Positions 38,232 through 48,023 are shown, numbered from the stretch's first letter. The stretch: 64,000 bases of DNA from Novosphingobium sp. (GCA_031285165.1 JAITWR010000069.1:677-64676), one strand, 5' to 3'. The notes: a model not told the origin generated them from the sequence alone. A program made the numbers and translations.

Positions 38232-38251
38232 GACTCATCAAAACAATAGGT
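38232..38251. promoter_or_regulatory. lux-box-like site upstream of the DUF35-thiolase-ACAD-aco operon
   Basis: GACTCATCAAAACAATAGGT; a minus-strand -10-like GCCTAAGGT begins 19 nt away. Confidence 0.65.
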
Positions 38252-38351
38252 AGCGAGTGGCGGTTTCCACTGGCCGGTCTAAAGTTCGCAAATGCGCATC
38301 CCGGCTGCGAACGGCGCGTGAGGCTGCCGGGGCGATCAGCCGGGGGCTGCG

Positions 38352-39128
38352 CTACAGGGCATCGAGCGAGATATAGCCCAGTTGCGCGGCCTTGAAGACG
38401 GTCTGGCTGCGGTTGACGGCGTTGAGCTTGATCGAGGCATTGTGGATATGGAAACGCACGGTTGCCCGGCTGCGAGCCATGATCATGCCGATTTCAAGAT
38501 CGGTTTTGCCGATCGCCGCCCAACGCAGGCATTCGACCTCGCGCTTTGACAGGCGCAATTCCGGCGGCAATCCCTGCAACGAGCCTGTGACGTGGACATA
38601 GCCGGAAATAAAGGTGCGTGCCAGAATGCCGAAGATGTCGCCGTATTCACGAAACTCTTCGGAAAGGTCTGTTTTGTCTCTTTCGATCGGGTTGAAGCTC
38701 ACGGCGCCGATCTGCCCGAAAGGCAGATGCACCGGAACGACGATGGCTGCGCAGGTCATTGCCCGTGCTTCGAAGTTGCCTACGTCGATCGCAGAAAGAA
38801 AGCTGTTGGGATAAAGCGTATAGAACCCTTCCGCATTTACCCAGAATGGCTGGCTTTCAAACCGGCAGGCGGTGGTCAGCGGCGAATCGAGGGCGATCCG
38901 CGTATTGCGCCACCATACCTGGCCATGATCGGGCCAACCGAAGACTTTGCTGGCGAGCAGGTCGCCTTCGTTGTCGACGGGGGTGCGCCTGCCGGCGATG
39001 TCATGCGCCAGCGCGGCGCGCATGCCGCAGCCCATCGCGATTCGATGCAAGGCTTCCGCAGCGGGGCGTATATCGTGCAGTGTTCGAATGCGGACAGTGT
39101 CGACCTCATCCAATCCGAATTGCGGCAT
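38352..39128 (-). CDS. LuxR-solo transcriptional regulator (ligand-binding domain plus QS-type HTH)
   Basis: C-terminal 'LSKREVECLRWAAIGKTDLEIG...TVRFHIHNASIKL'; N-terminal autoinducer-binding-like domain; no luxI adjacent. Confidence 0.88.
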   Translation of the reverse strand: MPQFGLDEVDTVRIRTLHDIRPAAEALHRIAMGCGMRAALAHDIAGRRTPVDNEGDLLASKVFGWPDHGQVWWRNTRIALDSPLTTACRFESQPFWVNAEGFYTLYPNSFLSAIDVGNFEARAMTCAAIVVPVHLPFGQIGAVSFNPIERDKTDLSEEFREYGDIFGILARTFISGYVHVTGSLQGLPPELRLSKREVECLRWAAIGKTDLEIGMIMARSRATVRFHIHNASIKLNAVNRSQTVFKAAQLGYISLDAL

Positions 39129-39214
39129 TCTCCATCCCCTGCGCTCGATTCGTTAAACCAACGCTTGAAGCCCTTGGTATTTCGTGGCCCCCAAGCCGAA
39201 TCGCGCCCCCCTAT

Positions 39215-39234
39215 CCCTAGCCTTTTACCCAGCA
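39215..39234. promoter_or_regulatory. lux-box-like site between luxR and the ACAD gene
   Basis: CCCTAGCCTTTTACCCAGCA. Confidence 0.55.
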
Positions 39235-39285
39235 GGGCGGTGGGAATTATGATGATAGGACAAGTTTCGCACAAGGGGATTTTTC

Positions 39286-40407
39286 ATGAACTTCGACCTC
39301 ACTGAAGACGAGGAAATGCTCAAGGCGCTGGTCGAACGATTCGTCGCTGATCGCTACGATATCGAACGCAGGCGCGGATATATGGCGAGCGACCTCGGTT
39401 TCTCCCGGGAGAATTGGAGGTTGCTGGGTGAACTGGGGCTGATCGCTGCGCCTTTCGCCGAACAGGACGGAGGGATGAATCTCGATGCCACGGCTATCGC
39501 GGCGGTGTTCGAGGCATTGGGCAGGGGCTTTGTTGCAGAACCCTTGATCGAGAATGTGCTGCTGGCCGCCCGCCTTTTTGCGACGACCGCGCCCGAGGCA
39601 TTGCGGGAGCAGTGGCTGCATCGGTTCGTCAGCGGTGAAGCGCGCGTTGCTTTTGCTCATGCCGAAACGGGCGCCCGGCCTGGCCGGCCGTGGGTGGAAA
39701 CGACTGCCGGAGCTTGCGGTGAAGGCGTCCGCCTTGCCGGTGAAAAGGCCTATGTGCCGGCCGGCGGCGGTGTGGATGGTTTTATAGTCTCCGCCCGTGC
39801 CGATGGCGCCGGCCCGGCAGCAGACGGTTTTGGTCTTTACTTCGTACCTGCCGGTGAACAGGGGCTGACGGTCAGGGATTGGCGCATGGCTGACGGGACC
39901 GTCGCAGTGTCGCTCACTCTCGACAATGTTGCCGTGCCGCCGGGTAATATCCTCTCGGGCGGTGTCGCCGAAGTGAAGCAGGGCGAAGTGCTCGCCAACC
40001 TTGCCCGTGTTGCCGAGGCGCTCGGCATTATGGAGCGGCTGTTCGCCGAGACTCGGGAATATCTGCTTACGCGGCAGCAGTTCGGCGTCAGGTTGGCCAG
40101 CTTTCAGGCGCTCCAGCATCGCATGGTCGCGCAGTATGCCGCGATCGAACAGAGTCGTGCGCTGTTGAACCTGGCGCTCATTTCATGGGACACGCCGGGG
40201 TTCGCGCGTGCCGTCCAGGGCGCGCGCGCTTTCATCGGGGATGCCTCGATCGATCTGGGGCATGAGATGATCCAGATGCACGGCGGCATGGGCGTGACGG
40301 ATGAATTGTCCATCGGTCACGGCCACAAGCGCTTGCTGGTCCTGTCGCGCTGGCCGGATGACCCGGCATCGGCGCTGGAAAGCTTTGCCTGCCTGGCGGA
40401 CTCTTGA
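39286..40407 (+). CDS. Acyl-CoA dehydrogenase-like small subunit (PimD/ChsE-like)
   Basis: 'MNFDLTEDEEML', 'RQQFG..LASFQALQHR', 'IQMHGGMG'; lacks the C-terminal GGT(N/S)E motif. Confidence 0.85.
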   Translation: MNFDLTEDEEMLKALVERFVADRYDIERRRGYMASDLGFSRENWRLLGELGLIAAPFAEQDGGMNLDATAIAAVFEALGRGFVAEPLIENVLLAARLFATTAPEALREQWLHRFVSGEARVAFAHAETGARPGRPWVETTAGACGEGVRLAGEKAYVPAGGGVDGFIVSARADGAGPAADGFGLYFVPAGEQGLTVRDWRMADGTVAVSLTLDNVAVPPGNILSGGVAEVKQGEVLANLARVAEALGIMERLFAETREYLLTRQQFGVRLASFQALQHRMVAQYAAIEQSRALLNLALISWDTPGFARAVQGARAFIGDASIDLGHEMIQMHGGMGVTDELSIGHGHKRLLVLSRWPDDPASALESFACLADS

Positions 40408-40446
40408 CCCCGTAGAGGATAGGCCGCTTGCGGGGCCTTTACCGTT

Positions 40447-41196
40447 TCAGGCGGGGGCGCGGTCTTTCAGCCAGCCGATGCCGCGCCGCAACAGTTCATG
40501 GAACACCGGCAGATCCCATGCGCAGCGGTCGACGGTCGGCCACCAGTCGGCCATGGGCTGAAGGTCGTAGTGACCGCGGCAATGCCCGAGCGTCAGGTAA
40601 AGCACTGCTCCCTTGCCGTGTTGCTTGATGTAGAACACCGGCTGCGTCCCCGGTGCGTCCCCGGCTTCGACGAAGCCGGTGCCCGGTTCTGTGCATTCCG
40701 TTTCCAGCAGCACATGCAGGTCGCCATGGCATTCCAGGTGATACAACTCGTCGGTCGTCTCGAATGGTTCGACACCGGCGACAAGGGGATGGGACGGGTC
40801 CGCGACTGTAACCGTGTAGGGCGCGATCGGCGGGTGCGAGATGAACTGGCTGCCAAGCAGATCCATGAACAGCGGTGCCCAGCGTGGCGCGTCCCATTCG
40901 CCATTGTCGAGCAGGCGCAATACGGAATTGGTGCCGTGCAGCGCGTACCATCGTCCTCCCCGGCGCAGGAAATCGCGCAGCACTTCCTGCGCGGCCAGCG
41001 ACGGTGTGACATCGCAGGTGTAAGTGATGAGGATGTCGGCTCCGGCGATCGCCTCGAGTTTCTCGTAGTCCTCGAACACGCGCGTCCGGACGCGCTCATC
41101 CTCGGCGAGCAGCTTGAGCAGTTCGAGCCGGGCAAAATCCATGTCGTGCCAGACGCCGCCGCAGATCAGGACGCAGTCGATCCGGGGAGGGTTCAT
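40447..41196 (-). CDS. ThuA-like domain protein
   Basis: 'ALHG', 'QFISHPP', 'DELY', 'YLTLGH'. Confidence 0.75.
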   Translation of the reverse strand: MNPPRIDCVLICGGVWHDMDFARLELLKLLAEDERVRTRVFEDYEKLEAIAGADILITYTCDVTPSLAAQEVLRDFLRRGGRWYALHGTNSVLRLLDNGEWDAPRWAPLFMDLLGSQFISHPPIAPYTVTVADPSHPLVAGVEPFETTDELYHLECHGDLHVLLETECTEPGTGFVEAGDAPGTQPVFYIKQHGKGAVLYLTLGHCRGHYDLQPMADWWPTVDRCAWDLPVFHELLRRGIGWLKDRAPA

Positions 41197-42611
41197 TTTC
41201 CCCTCCCAAGCTCGCCGCTTATGTAACGGTCGAGAGTGCGGTGAAACTGACGGATGCGGATTTCCTGATAGTCGGCCAACCGGATTTTCCCGTTTTTCAT
41301 ACAGTGCAGGCCTTCCTGTACCCAGGGAATGTTTTCCATATCCTGTTCGAACACGTCGCCAAGGCCGCCAAGCTCAGGCGCATCCGTCCACTTCTGGTCC
41401 GGGCCGAGGAGGTGCATTGCCGCGCCGCGCGGGATCGGTTCGCCCTTTTTGACGCGGGACAGGACACGCACTTCCATCAGGCAGGTATCGGGAGTCTTGC
41501 CCGGCCGCCAGCGGTACACGATGTTCGGCATGAACCCGCCCCAGGGCGCGAAGTTGGGGAAGACATTGTAAACAAGGGCGTCCAGCAGCTCCGCATCGGT
41601 GGCATGGTCGTGGTCGTACCCGGTCTGGTCGGTGTACATCCTGCGCATGGCCGCGCCCAGGGCCGAACGGGCGGTCTGGCCATCGGGGACCGTCACGGCA
41701 AACGGATCGCCTGCGGGATCGTAATTGTCTGCCGAGCGTCCGTTATACTTGATGAACTCATCGACAATCCACTGCTGGTTCTTCCCTGTGGGATCGAGAT
41801 GGGGGCTGAGAATGCCGAACGGCACCAGGTTCACATTGATGTTGTCGCCCCAATTCCAGTAGGCCGCGTTGCAGTCACCGGTAAACGGCAGCAATTGGGG
41901 GTGGGTGACGACGGTATGCCAGGCTTCCATGAATGCCTCGGCCGTTACCTTCCAGTTGGCGGCCACTTCTTTGGCCACCCAGATTACGGTCGTGCATTCG
42001 TCGTGCCGCCAGCGGGCGAAATGATCGGGCAATGGGCTGAGAAATTCTTCCAGGCCGGGGCCGCCCGGCTCTTCGCGCAGGAAGATGTAACCCTGCCAGC
42101 TTGCCACTTCAGCTTCGGGCAGACCCATCTCCTCCGCGGCGAGGTGCTGGAAATCCCATTGGCACGGCATACCTTCAAAGCTGCCGTCCTTGTTCCAGGC
42201 AAAGCCGTGGAACGGGCAGGCAAACCTGTCCGTGGCCCCGTCCTCGTGGCGCAGTTTGCGGCCGCGGTGGAGGCAGACATTATGGAAGGCGCGGACGGAG
42301 CCGTCGTCCTGGCGGCAGACGAGATAGGAACGCCCGGCGTTCTCGAAAACCGTATAGTCGCCCGGCTCGGGAATATCCTCCTCCCGTGCGGCGAATTGCC
42401 AGACGTAGGGCCACACACGCTCCCGTTCGAGGCGGGCGAATTCCTCGCTGGTATAACGCGAGGCGTCGATCGGGCCGGAACCCAGATATTCGTAATGCTC
42501 CTCGGTCAGACTGGCTGGCGGCGTGCGTGAATCCTGTGCCATCAGGTCATGCCAGCCGGTTCCCGGGCAGCGCGCCTGCCCTCCGCTCAGATGAGCATCC
42601 TTATCAGCCAT
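41193..42611 (-). CDS. Rieske oxygenase alpha subunit
   Basis: CLH...CPFH; 'EAWHTVVTH'. Confidence 0.92.
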   Translation of the reverse strand: MADKDAHLSGGQARCPGTGWHDLMAQDSRTPPASLTEEHYEYLGSGPIDASRYTSEEFARLERERVWPYVWQFAAREEDIPEPGDYTVFENAGRSYLVCRQDDGSVRAFHNVCLHRGRKLRHEDGATDRFACPFHGFAWNKDGSFEGMPCQWDFQHLAAEEMGLPEAEVASWQGYIFLREEPGGPGLEEFLSPLPDHFARWRHDECTTVIWVAKEVAANWKVTAEAFMEAWHTVVTHPQLLPFTGDCNAAYWNWGDNINVNLVPFGILSPHLDPTGKNQQWIVDEFIKYNGRSADNYDPAGDPFAVTVPDGQTARSALGAAMRRMYTDQTGYDHDHATDAELLDALVYNVFPNFAPWGGFMPNIVYRWRPGKTPDTCLMEVRVLSRVKKGEPIPRGAAMHLLGPDQKWTDAPELGGLGDVFEQDMENIPWVQEGLHCMKNGKIRLADYQEIRIRQFHRTLDRYISGELGRGK

Positions 42612-42679
42612 ACAAGCGAATCCTTCATTCCCGATGAGAAAGCTACGCGCCGACTTTGGACTGGCGGATATTCCGCGTC

Positions 42680-42699
42680 ACCTTGCCGAAAGCATAGGT
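42680..42699. promoter_or_regulatory. lux-box-like site
   Basis: ACCTTGCCGAAAGCATAGGT; the ACCT...AGGT ends match the canonical lux box. Confidence 0.7.
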
Positions 42700-42754
42700 T
42701 GCCAACTGCAATCAATCCGTCAAACCGTACATATCGAAAAAGCAGGAGGATGCC

Positions 42755-43537
42755 GTGGGCAAACGGCTTCAAGGCAAGGTTGCGCTGGTTACAGGCGGTA
42801 CTTCGGGAATCGGAGCGGGAACGGTTCGCCGTCTTGCAGGCGAGGGCGCGAAAGTTGTCTTCACCGGATCGAATGAGGCAGCGGCCACCGGGCTCTGTGC
42901 CGAGACCGGAGCCTGTTTCGAAGCGCACAGGGTACAGGAAGCCGCATCCTGGGACCGGTTGATGGACAGGATTCTGACGGATTTCGGCCGTCTCGACATA
43001 GCTTTCGCCAATGCCGGAACGGAACATGGCGACAGCAATGTGGAGGATATCTCGATCGAGGGGTGGGAAGGGGTGATCGCCGTCAATCAGACCGGTGTGA
43101 TGCTGACCGTCCAGCATGCGATCCGGGCGATGAAGCGCAACCCGGAAGGGCCGACCGGTTCGATCATCGTCAATTCGTCCATGAATGCCCATCGTGCCAT
43201 GGGCAATTTCGTCGCCTATTCGGTGTCCAAGGCGGCCGTGGTCGCCTTGATCAAATCGGCGGCGATGCATTGCGGCAACCGGGGGTACAGGATTCGTGCC
43301 AATGCCATACTGCCGGGCGTGGTCGAGACGGCGATGATTTCCAATCTGATCGACAGTGCGGGCGATCCGGCGGCGGCGCGCGCGGCCTATGAAGGCATGT
43401 CGCCGTTGCGGCGCATGGCGACCGTAGAGGAAATCGCGGGGCTGGTTGCATGGCTGGCTTCGGATGAGGCTGCTTTCGTTTCCGGCAGCGAATATGTGAT
43501 CGATGGTGCAACGACGGCAGGGATGATGGGAGTATGA
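42755..43537 (+). CDS. SDR oxidoreductase
   Basis: TGGTSGIG, ANAG and YSVSK motifs. Confidence 0.9.
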   Translation: MGKRLQGKVALVTGGTSGIGAGTVRRLAGEGAKVVFTGSNEAAATGLCAETGACFEAHRVQEAASWDRLMDRILTDFGRLDIAFANAGTEHGDSNVEDISIEGWEGVIAVNQTGVMLTVQHAIRAMKRNPEGPTGSIIVNSSMNAHRAMGNFVAYSVSKAAVVALIKSAAMHCGNRGYRIRANAILPGVVETAMISNLIDSAGDPAAARAAYEGMSPLRRMATVEEIAGLVAWLASDEAAFVSGSEYVIDGATTAGMMGV

Positions 43538-44352
43538 GCGACCTTGGTTCTCTGCGGCTCAAGGGCAAAGTCTGCTTCGTTTCGGGCGGGTTGCGCGGCA
43601 TCGGCCTTGCCTGCGTCCAGCGCCTCCTGGCGGAAGGGGCGGAGGTTGTCCTGTCGGATATCGATGCGCCGGACAGTGAATACGCCTGCACGATCCTGTC
43701 ATCGCTTGGACAGGCGGCCAGTTATGTGCAGGCCGACGTAACCCGCGAAGATGACTGGCAGCGCGCCAGGGACACCGTTTTCGAGCGCCACGGCAAGCTT
43801 CACGTCCTCGTCAACAATGCCGGCATCGACCTGACCGGGCCGGTCGAGAGCTTGAGCATGGAGGGGTGGCACAAGATCATGGCCGTCAATGTGGACGGCG
43901 TATTCCTGGGCGTGAAGACCTTTGTGCCGATGATGGCGGAAAGCGGCCGGGATTTTCGCGGCGGCGCCTCGATCGTCAACGTCAGTTCGATCATGGGCCT
44001 GGTCGGCTATACGGACACGTCCGCCTATAATGCCGGCAAGGGGGCGGTTCGGCTGTTCACCAAATCCATCGCTGTGGAATTTGCCAGCAAGCGCATGCCG
44101 ATCCGGGCAAATTCGCTGCATCCCGGTTTCGTTTTCACACCGTTGCTGCGTGAAGGCTTCCAGCGCTGGGTGGACAAGGGCGCTGCGGAAAAGGCCCAGG
44201 ATATTTATGACGCGGTTGCCGCACAGACGCCGCTCGGGCGTCTGGCCGAACCCGATGAGCTGGCGAGCGGCGTGTTTTTCCTCGCCAGTGAAGACAGCAG
44301 TTACATGACCGGTGCGGAACTGGTCATCGATGGTGGCTGGACCGCCCAGTAA
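43534..44352 (+). CDS. SDR oxidoreductase
   Basis: SGGLRGIG, NNAG and YNAGK motifs. Confidence 0.9.
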   Translation: MSDLGSLRLKGKVCFVSGGLRGIGLACVQRLLAEGAEVVLSDIDAPDSEYACTILSSLGQAASYVQADVTREDDWQRARDTVFERHGKLHVLVNNAGIDLTGPVESLSMEGWHKIMAVNVDGVFLGVKTFVPMMAESGRDFRGGASIVNVSSIMGLVGYTDTSAYNAGKGAVRLFTKSIAVEFASKRMPIRANSLHPGFVFTPLLREGFQRWVDKGAAEKAQDIYDAVAAQTPLGRLAEPDELASGVFFLASEDSSYMTGAELVIDGGWTAQ

Positions 44353-44363
44353 GGAGATCGTTG

Positions 44364-45143
44364 ATGACGATTGCACTTCCCGGTGTCGTGGCTGTGGTGA
44401 CGGGTGCTGCTGGCGGCATCGGCCGGAGCGTGGTCAAGGCGATGCAGGAGGCCGGAGCAACGGTCATCGCCACGGATCTGGCGCAGGGCGCCGATGTCGA
44501 GGGCGCTGCCCGTTACCTGAGCCACGATGTGACTTGCGAGTCCGATTGGCAGGCGGTCAGGAATATGGTCATGGCCGACCATGGCCGCCTTGATGCACTG
44601 GTCCACGCCGCAGGCATTTCGATTGTCGGCAAGATCGAGGAAACCCCGCTGAGTGAATTTCGCAGGGTCAACGCGATCAATGTGGATTCGATCGTGATCG
44701 GCACGCAAATCCTCCTGCCGTTGCTCAGGGAAGGGGGCAAAGCCCGCAAAGGCGGTGCGTCCATCGTCAACTTTTCAAGTGTGGGCGGCTTGCGCGGTGC
44801 GGCATTCAACGCGGCCTACTGCACCAGCAAGGCCGCTGTGAAGATGCTGTCCAAATGCATGGGGGCCGAATTCGCGGCGCTCGGCTATAATATCCGCTGC
44901 AACAGTGTGCATCCGGGCGGTATCGAAACACCCATGCTGGCGTCGATCATCGATCGCTATGTCGAACTGGGCGCGGCTCCTTCGCGCCAGTTGGCGATAG
45001 AAGCCATGACACGCGATCATCCGATAGGCCGTCTGGGCCGTGCGGAGGAAATGGCCGGCGGGGTTGTCTATCTTTGCTCGGAAGCTGCGAGTTTCGCCAC
45101 TTGCGCGGAATTTCTGATGGACGGTGGTTTCAGCCAGGTTTGA
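44364..45143 (+). CDS. SDR oxidoreductase
   Basis: TGAAGGIG and YCTSK motifs. Confidence 0.9.
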   Translation: MTIALPGVVAVVTGAAGGIGRSVVKAMQEAGATVIATDLAQGADVEGAARYLSHDVTCESDWQAVRNMVMADHGRLDALVHAAGISIVGKIEETPLSEFRRVNAINVDSIVIGTQILLPLLREGGKARKGGASIVNFSSVGGLRGAAFNAAYCTSKAAVKMLSKCMGAEFAALGYNIRCNSVHPGGIETPMLASIIDRYVELGAAPSRQLAIEAMTRDHPIGRLGRAEEMAGGVVYLCSEAASFATCAEFLMDGGFSQV

Positions 45144-45205
45144 AAAACAAGCGTTGGGCAGGACTTCCTCATAACCGCCGGACAGTGTGTTCCGGGTGCG
45201 GCGGT

Positions 45206-45619
45206 TTACGGCTTGGCGCCATCCGCGATCCAGCGGCGGATCAGTCCGATCTTTTCGGGGGGCAGCGGCGGCGCATTGAAAGGCATGCGCGCGCCTGTGC
45301 CGCCCCTGGCGATATGCGTTCCTTCAAGTTTCATGATGAGGTATGACTGATCGGGCTTGCCGGGGACGATCCGCTTGAAGGCAGGGGCTCCGGCAGAGGC
45401 GACATTCACGGTCGATGCTATGGCGCGGCCGGGCACCAGCGATATGCGCCCGGCTTCGGTGCCCATCATGTGACAGGTGGCGCAAGTCCTGCCGAAGATG
45501 GGCGCGATGTCGCGCGTATAGGTTACCGGCGGATTCGCAGGGGAAGCGTTGCCTGCACCATAAAGCGCTGTTGTCATGGCCGCGAACAAGGCTGCGGCGA
45601 GGACAGGTTTGCGTTTCAC
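45206..45619 (-). CDS. Small periplasmic c-type cytochrome
   Basis: Sec signal peptide, CATCH heme motif, 'ARMP' axial Met, 'IRRWIADGA'. Confidence 0.8.
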   Translation of the reverse strand: MKRKPVLAAALFAAMTTALYGAGNASPANPPVTYTRDIAPIFGRTCATCHMMGTEAGRISLVPGRAIASTVNVASAGAPAFKRIVPGKPDQSYLIMKLEGTHIARGGTGARMPFNAPPLPPEKIGLIRRWIADGAKP

Positions 45620-45624
45620 GGCTC

Positions 45625-47358
45625 CTATCCCTTCGATGCGTTCTTACCGGCGATATAGCCGAAGGCTATGGCGGGGCCGATTGTCGCGCCCGCCCCCAGA
45701 TAGGCCTGCCCGGTGGGGGAGGAGATGCAGTTGCCGGCCGCGTAAAGCCCCGGAATGGGAGCGCCGTCGATTCCGAGAACCTGTGCCTCGGCATTGATCT
45801 GCGGGCCGCCCGCGGTGTCGAGAGTGCCGGGGCCGAGAACGATGCAATAGAATGGCCCTTTATCGGCAAATGGGTGCATCGTGATATTGGGATGAGGGTT
45901 TTCAGGGAATTTCGTGCCCTCCCTGCGGGCCGAGAACAGATGATGCCATTCGCGGTCATAGAGGTATTTGCCGCGGTTGAAATCCGGGTCGATTCCCGCT
46001 TTTGCAAAGCCGTTATAGGTTTCGATCGTCTTTCTGGCAGCGTCGCCGAAGCCCTCGGCGAGACGTACTCTGCCCGTGCGGTTCTCCCAGAGTTTGAGCT
46101 GGGCATCGACTTTGCCGAATACCTCGTCCCAGGTCGCCCCTTCGATCAGGTGCGGCTGTTCACCCTTGTTGGCCGGGAACGGAAATGCGCCGCCGAAGGC
46201 ATCGATCGAGCGCTCATCGAACAGCATGAACAGCAGGTGATTGGGATAGTCTTCATGCGACGGGTCATAGGGGAAATGCGCTTGCGTGCGGTCGTTGTAG
46301 TCGCGTTTTTCGTTCACGACGCGCTTGCCGTACTTGTTGACCAGAATCATCGAATCGCCGGGCAGCACGAAAGCGCCCAAACCCACGCCGCGTGCCTGCA
46401 ATGCCTCGCCGAGCACAACCTGACTGCGCCAGGCATAGCCGAGATTGCCCATCATGGCGCCGGCGGTCTGGGCCATCGTGATGAAGTCGCCGGTCGAGCC
46501 CGGAAGCGAGCAGGTTCCGTAAACCCAGGGCTGGTGTCGTATGCACAGGTCGACATTGTGCGAATAGCCACCGCTGCCGAAAACCACGCCGCGGTTCGCC
46601 TTGACCCGGATGATTTTTCCGGCCTGGTCGGCCTCGACACCGATGACGCGGCCGCTGCTATTCCGGACGATCTTCGTCACGGCTGTTTCCAGCATGATCG
46701 GCACATTTTTGTCGGCGAGAAAGGCGTGCAGCCGGGTGGCGAGGCTGCTGCCGCCTTCGGTTGCGCCGGCGCCGACCGCCGGCTCCAGCGTGCGGCCGAT
46801 CGGTACTTTGTCTTCGGGCAGGTGATCGGCATAGTCGGGCGCCGGACGATCGATCTGGAACATGCGGAACTGCTTGAACTGTACCGCATCCAGCTCGCGC
46901 AGACGATCGATGGCGACCGAGCCTTTGTCGTAAAAGGCTTCGAGCACGCGATAGCGATTCTGGTCGAGCCCCAGTGTCGGGCTGGCAGGATCGTATTCGC
47001 GGGGAAAACCATAACGCACCGCATATTTCAGCGCGTCTTCCTTCGAATCGGCAATGCCCTGTTGCTGGAGAATGAAATTATTGAAAATCCAGCAAACACC
47101 ACCCGATTTGGCGGTTGTGCCGCCGGCGATCGGCATTTTTTCCAGGACGAGCACCCTGGCGCCTTCGGTGGCGGCGATGACGGCAGCAGTGCTGCCGGCC
47201 GCGCCGCTGCCGATGCACACGACGTCGGCCTCATGGTCCCATCGTTCGGAACCGGCGGCCGGTTTGGCGACCGCGGCAGTCGTGCCGACGGCTGAGGATG
47301 CGACCACCATGCTTGCACCGGCAAGCAGGCGGCGACGATCGACGGATATGGCTGTCAT
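45625..47358 (-). CDS. Tat-exported FAD-dependent dehydrogenase (3-ketosteroid delta1-dehydrogenase-like)
   Basis: 'DRRRLLAG' twin-arginine signal; 'IGSGAAG', 'GGTTAKSGG', 'PGLYAAGNC', 'GATIGPA'. Confidence 0.85.
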   Translation of the reverse strand: MTAISVDRRRLLAGASMVVASSAVGTTAAVAKPAAGSERWDHEADVVCIGSGAAGSTAAVIAATEGARVLVLEKMPIAGGTTAKSGGVCWIFNNFILQQQGIADSKEDALKYAVRYGFPREYDPASPTLGLDQNRYRVLEAFYDKGSVAIDRLRELDAVQFKQFRMFQIDRPAPDYADHLPEDKVPIGRTLEPAVGAGATEGGSSLATRLHAFLADKNVPIMLETAVTKIVRNSSGRVIGVEADQAGKIIRVKANRGVVFGSGGYSHNVDLCIRHQPWVYGTCSLPGSTGDFITMAQTAGAMMGNLGYAWRSQVVLGEALQARGVGLGAFVLPGDSMILVNKYGKRVVNEKRDYNDRTQAHFPYDPSHEDYPNHLLFMLFDERSIDAFGGAFPFPANKGEQPHLIEGATWDEVFGKVDAQLKLWENRTGRVRLAEGFGDAARKTIETYNGFAKAGIDPDFNRGKYLYDREWHHLFSARREGTKFPENPHPNITMHPFADKGPFYCIVLGPGTLDTAGGPQINAEAQVLGIDGAPIPGLYAAGNCISSPTGQAYLGAGATIGPAIAFGYIAGKNASKG

Positions 47359-47418
47359 TGCGAGGCTCTCTCCCACCCTGCTTCAATGTCGGTTGGTAAG
47401 CCTGCCGCCGGTTGTGTC

Positions 47419-47438
47419 GACTCGACAAAATGCCAGTC
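47419..47438. promoter_or_regulatory. lux-box-like site upstream of the Tat flavoprotein
   Basis: GACTCGACAAAATGCCAGTC (palindromic GACT/AGTC ends); minus-strand GGCTTA 16 nt away. Confidence 0.65.
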
Positions 47439-47473
47439 GTGCATTCCGGCAGGCAGGCTTCACCGCGCTGTGT

Positions 47474-48019
47474 TCAGGACGGAAAGCCCGGACGCAAGGG
47501 CTCCGTGACACCGTCCCATCCTTCGGCTGCGGCGGCAATGCGCTTGAAAAAGTCGGTTTCGGTGGGGTCTTCCTCTATCAGCTCGACCATGCAGCCGATC
47601 GCCGCAGAGGTATCGAAATAGCTGAAGCGCAAGGGGCCGAATATGCCGCTGACCGCGGGATTGAAGCCTTGTGCGCTATAATGCGCATAGGCCGCGTCGT
47701 AATCCTCGCAATAGATCGCCAGATGATGAAAGCCCTGCTGCCCCCGCGCGATGGTGTCGCGATAGGCCGATGGGCTGTCGCAGTGTTGCTGGATCAACTC
47801 GATCTGGATTCCGCCCGACTGGGCGATCGCAACCGAGAAATCGAGGCCGGAACCTTTCACGCCCCGGTAATCGTACTCGGCGAGTTGGATGTGGGGCACG
47901 GTGAAAAAAGGGCCGATGCCGGTTGTGCGAATCCAGTTGAGCGCTGCCGCTTCCAGATCTTCAACGATAAAGGCCACTTGCATGAAATGCGGGCCGGGAA
48001 CGCCGGGGATTGCCGTCAT
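47474..48019 (-). CDS. VOC/glyoxalase-family protein
   Basis: 'QVAFIVEDL', 'GIGPFF', 'IELIQQH', 'GFHHLAI'. Confidence 0.8.
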   Translation of the reverse strand: MTAIPGVPGPHFMQVAFIVEDLEAAALNWIRTTGIGPFFTVPHIQLAEYDYRGVKGSGLDFSVAIAQSGGIQIELIQQHCDSPSAYRDTIARGQQGFHHLAIYCEDYDAAYAHYSAQGFNPAVSGIFGPLRFSYFDTSAAIGCMVELIEEDPTETDFFKRIAAAAEGWDGVTEPLRPGFPS

Positions 48020-48023
48020 AAGA

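Noticed and set aside
4439-39128. T_hemolysin as the LuxI-like partner of the LuxR solo
   Set aside because: The genes are 33 kb apart, and the operon carries the ECF motif with no box that I could see. The two systems look independent, though this is not formally excluded.
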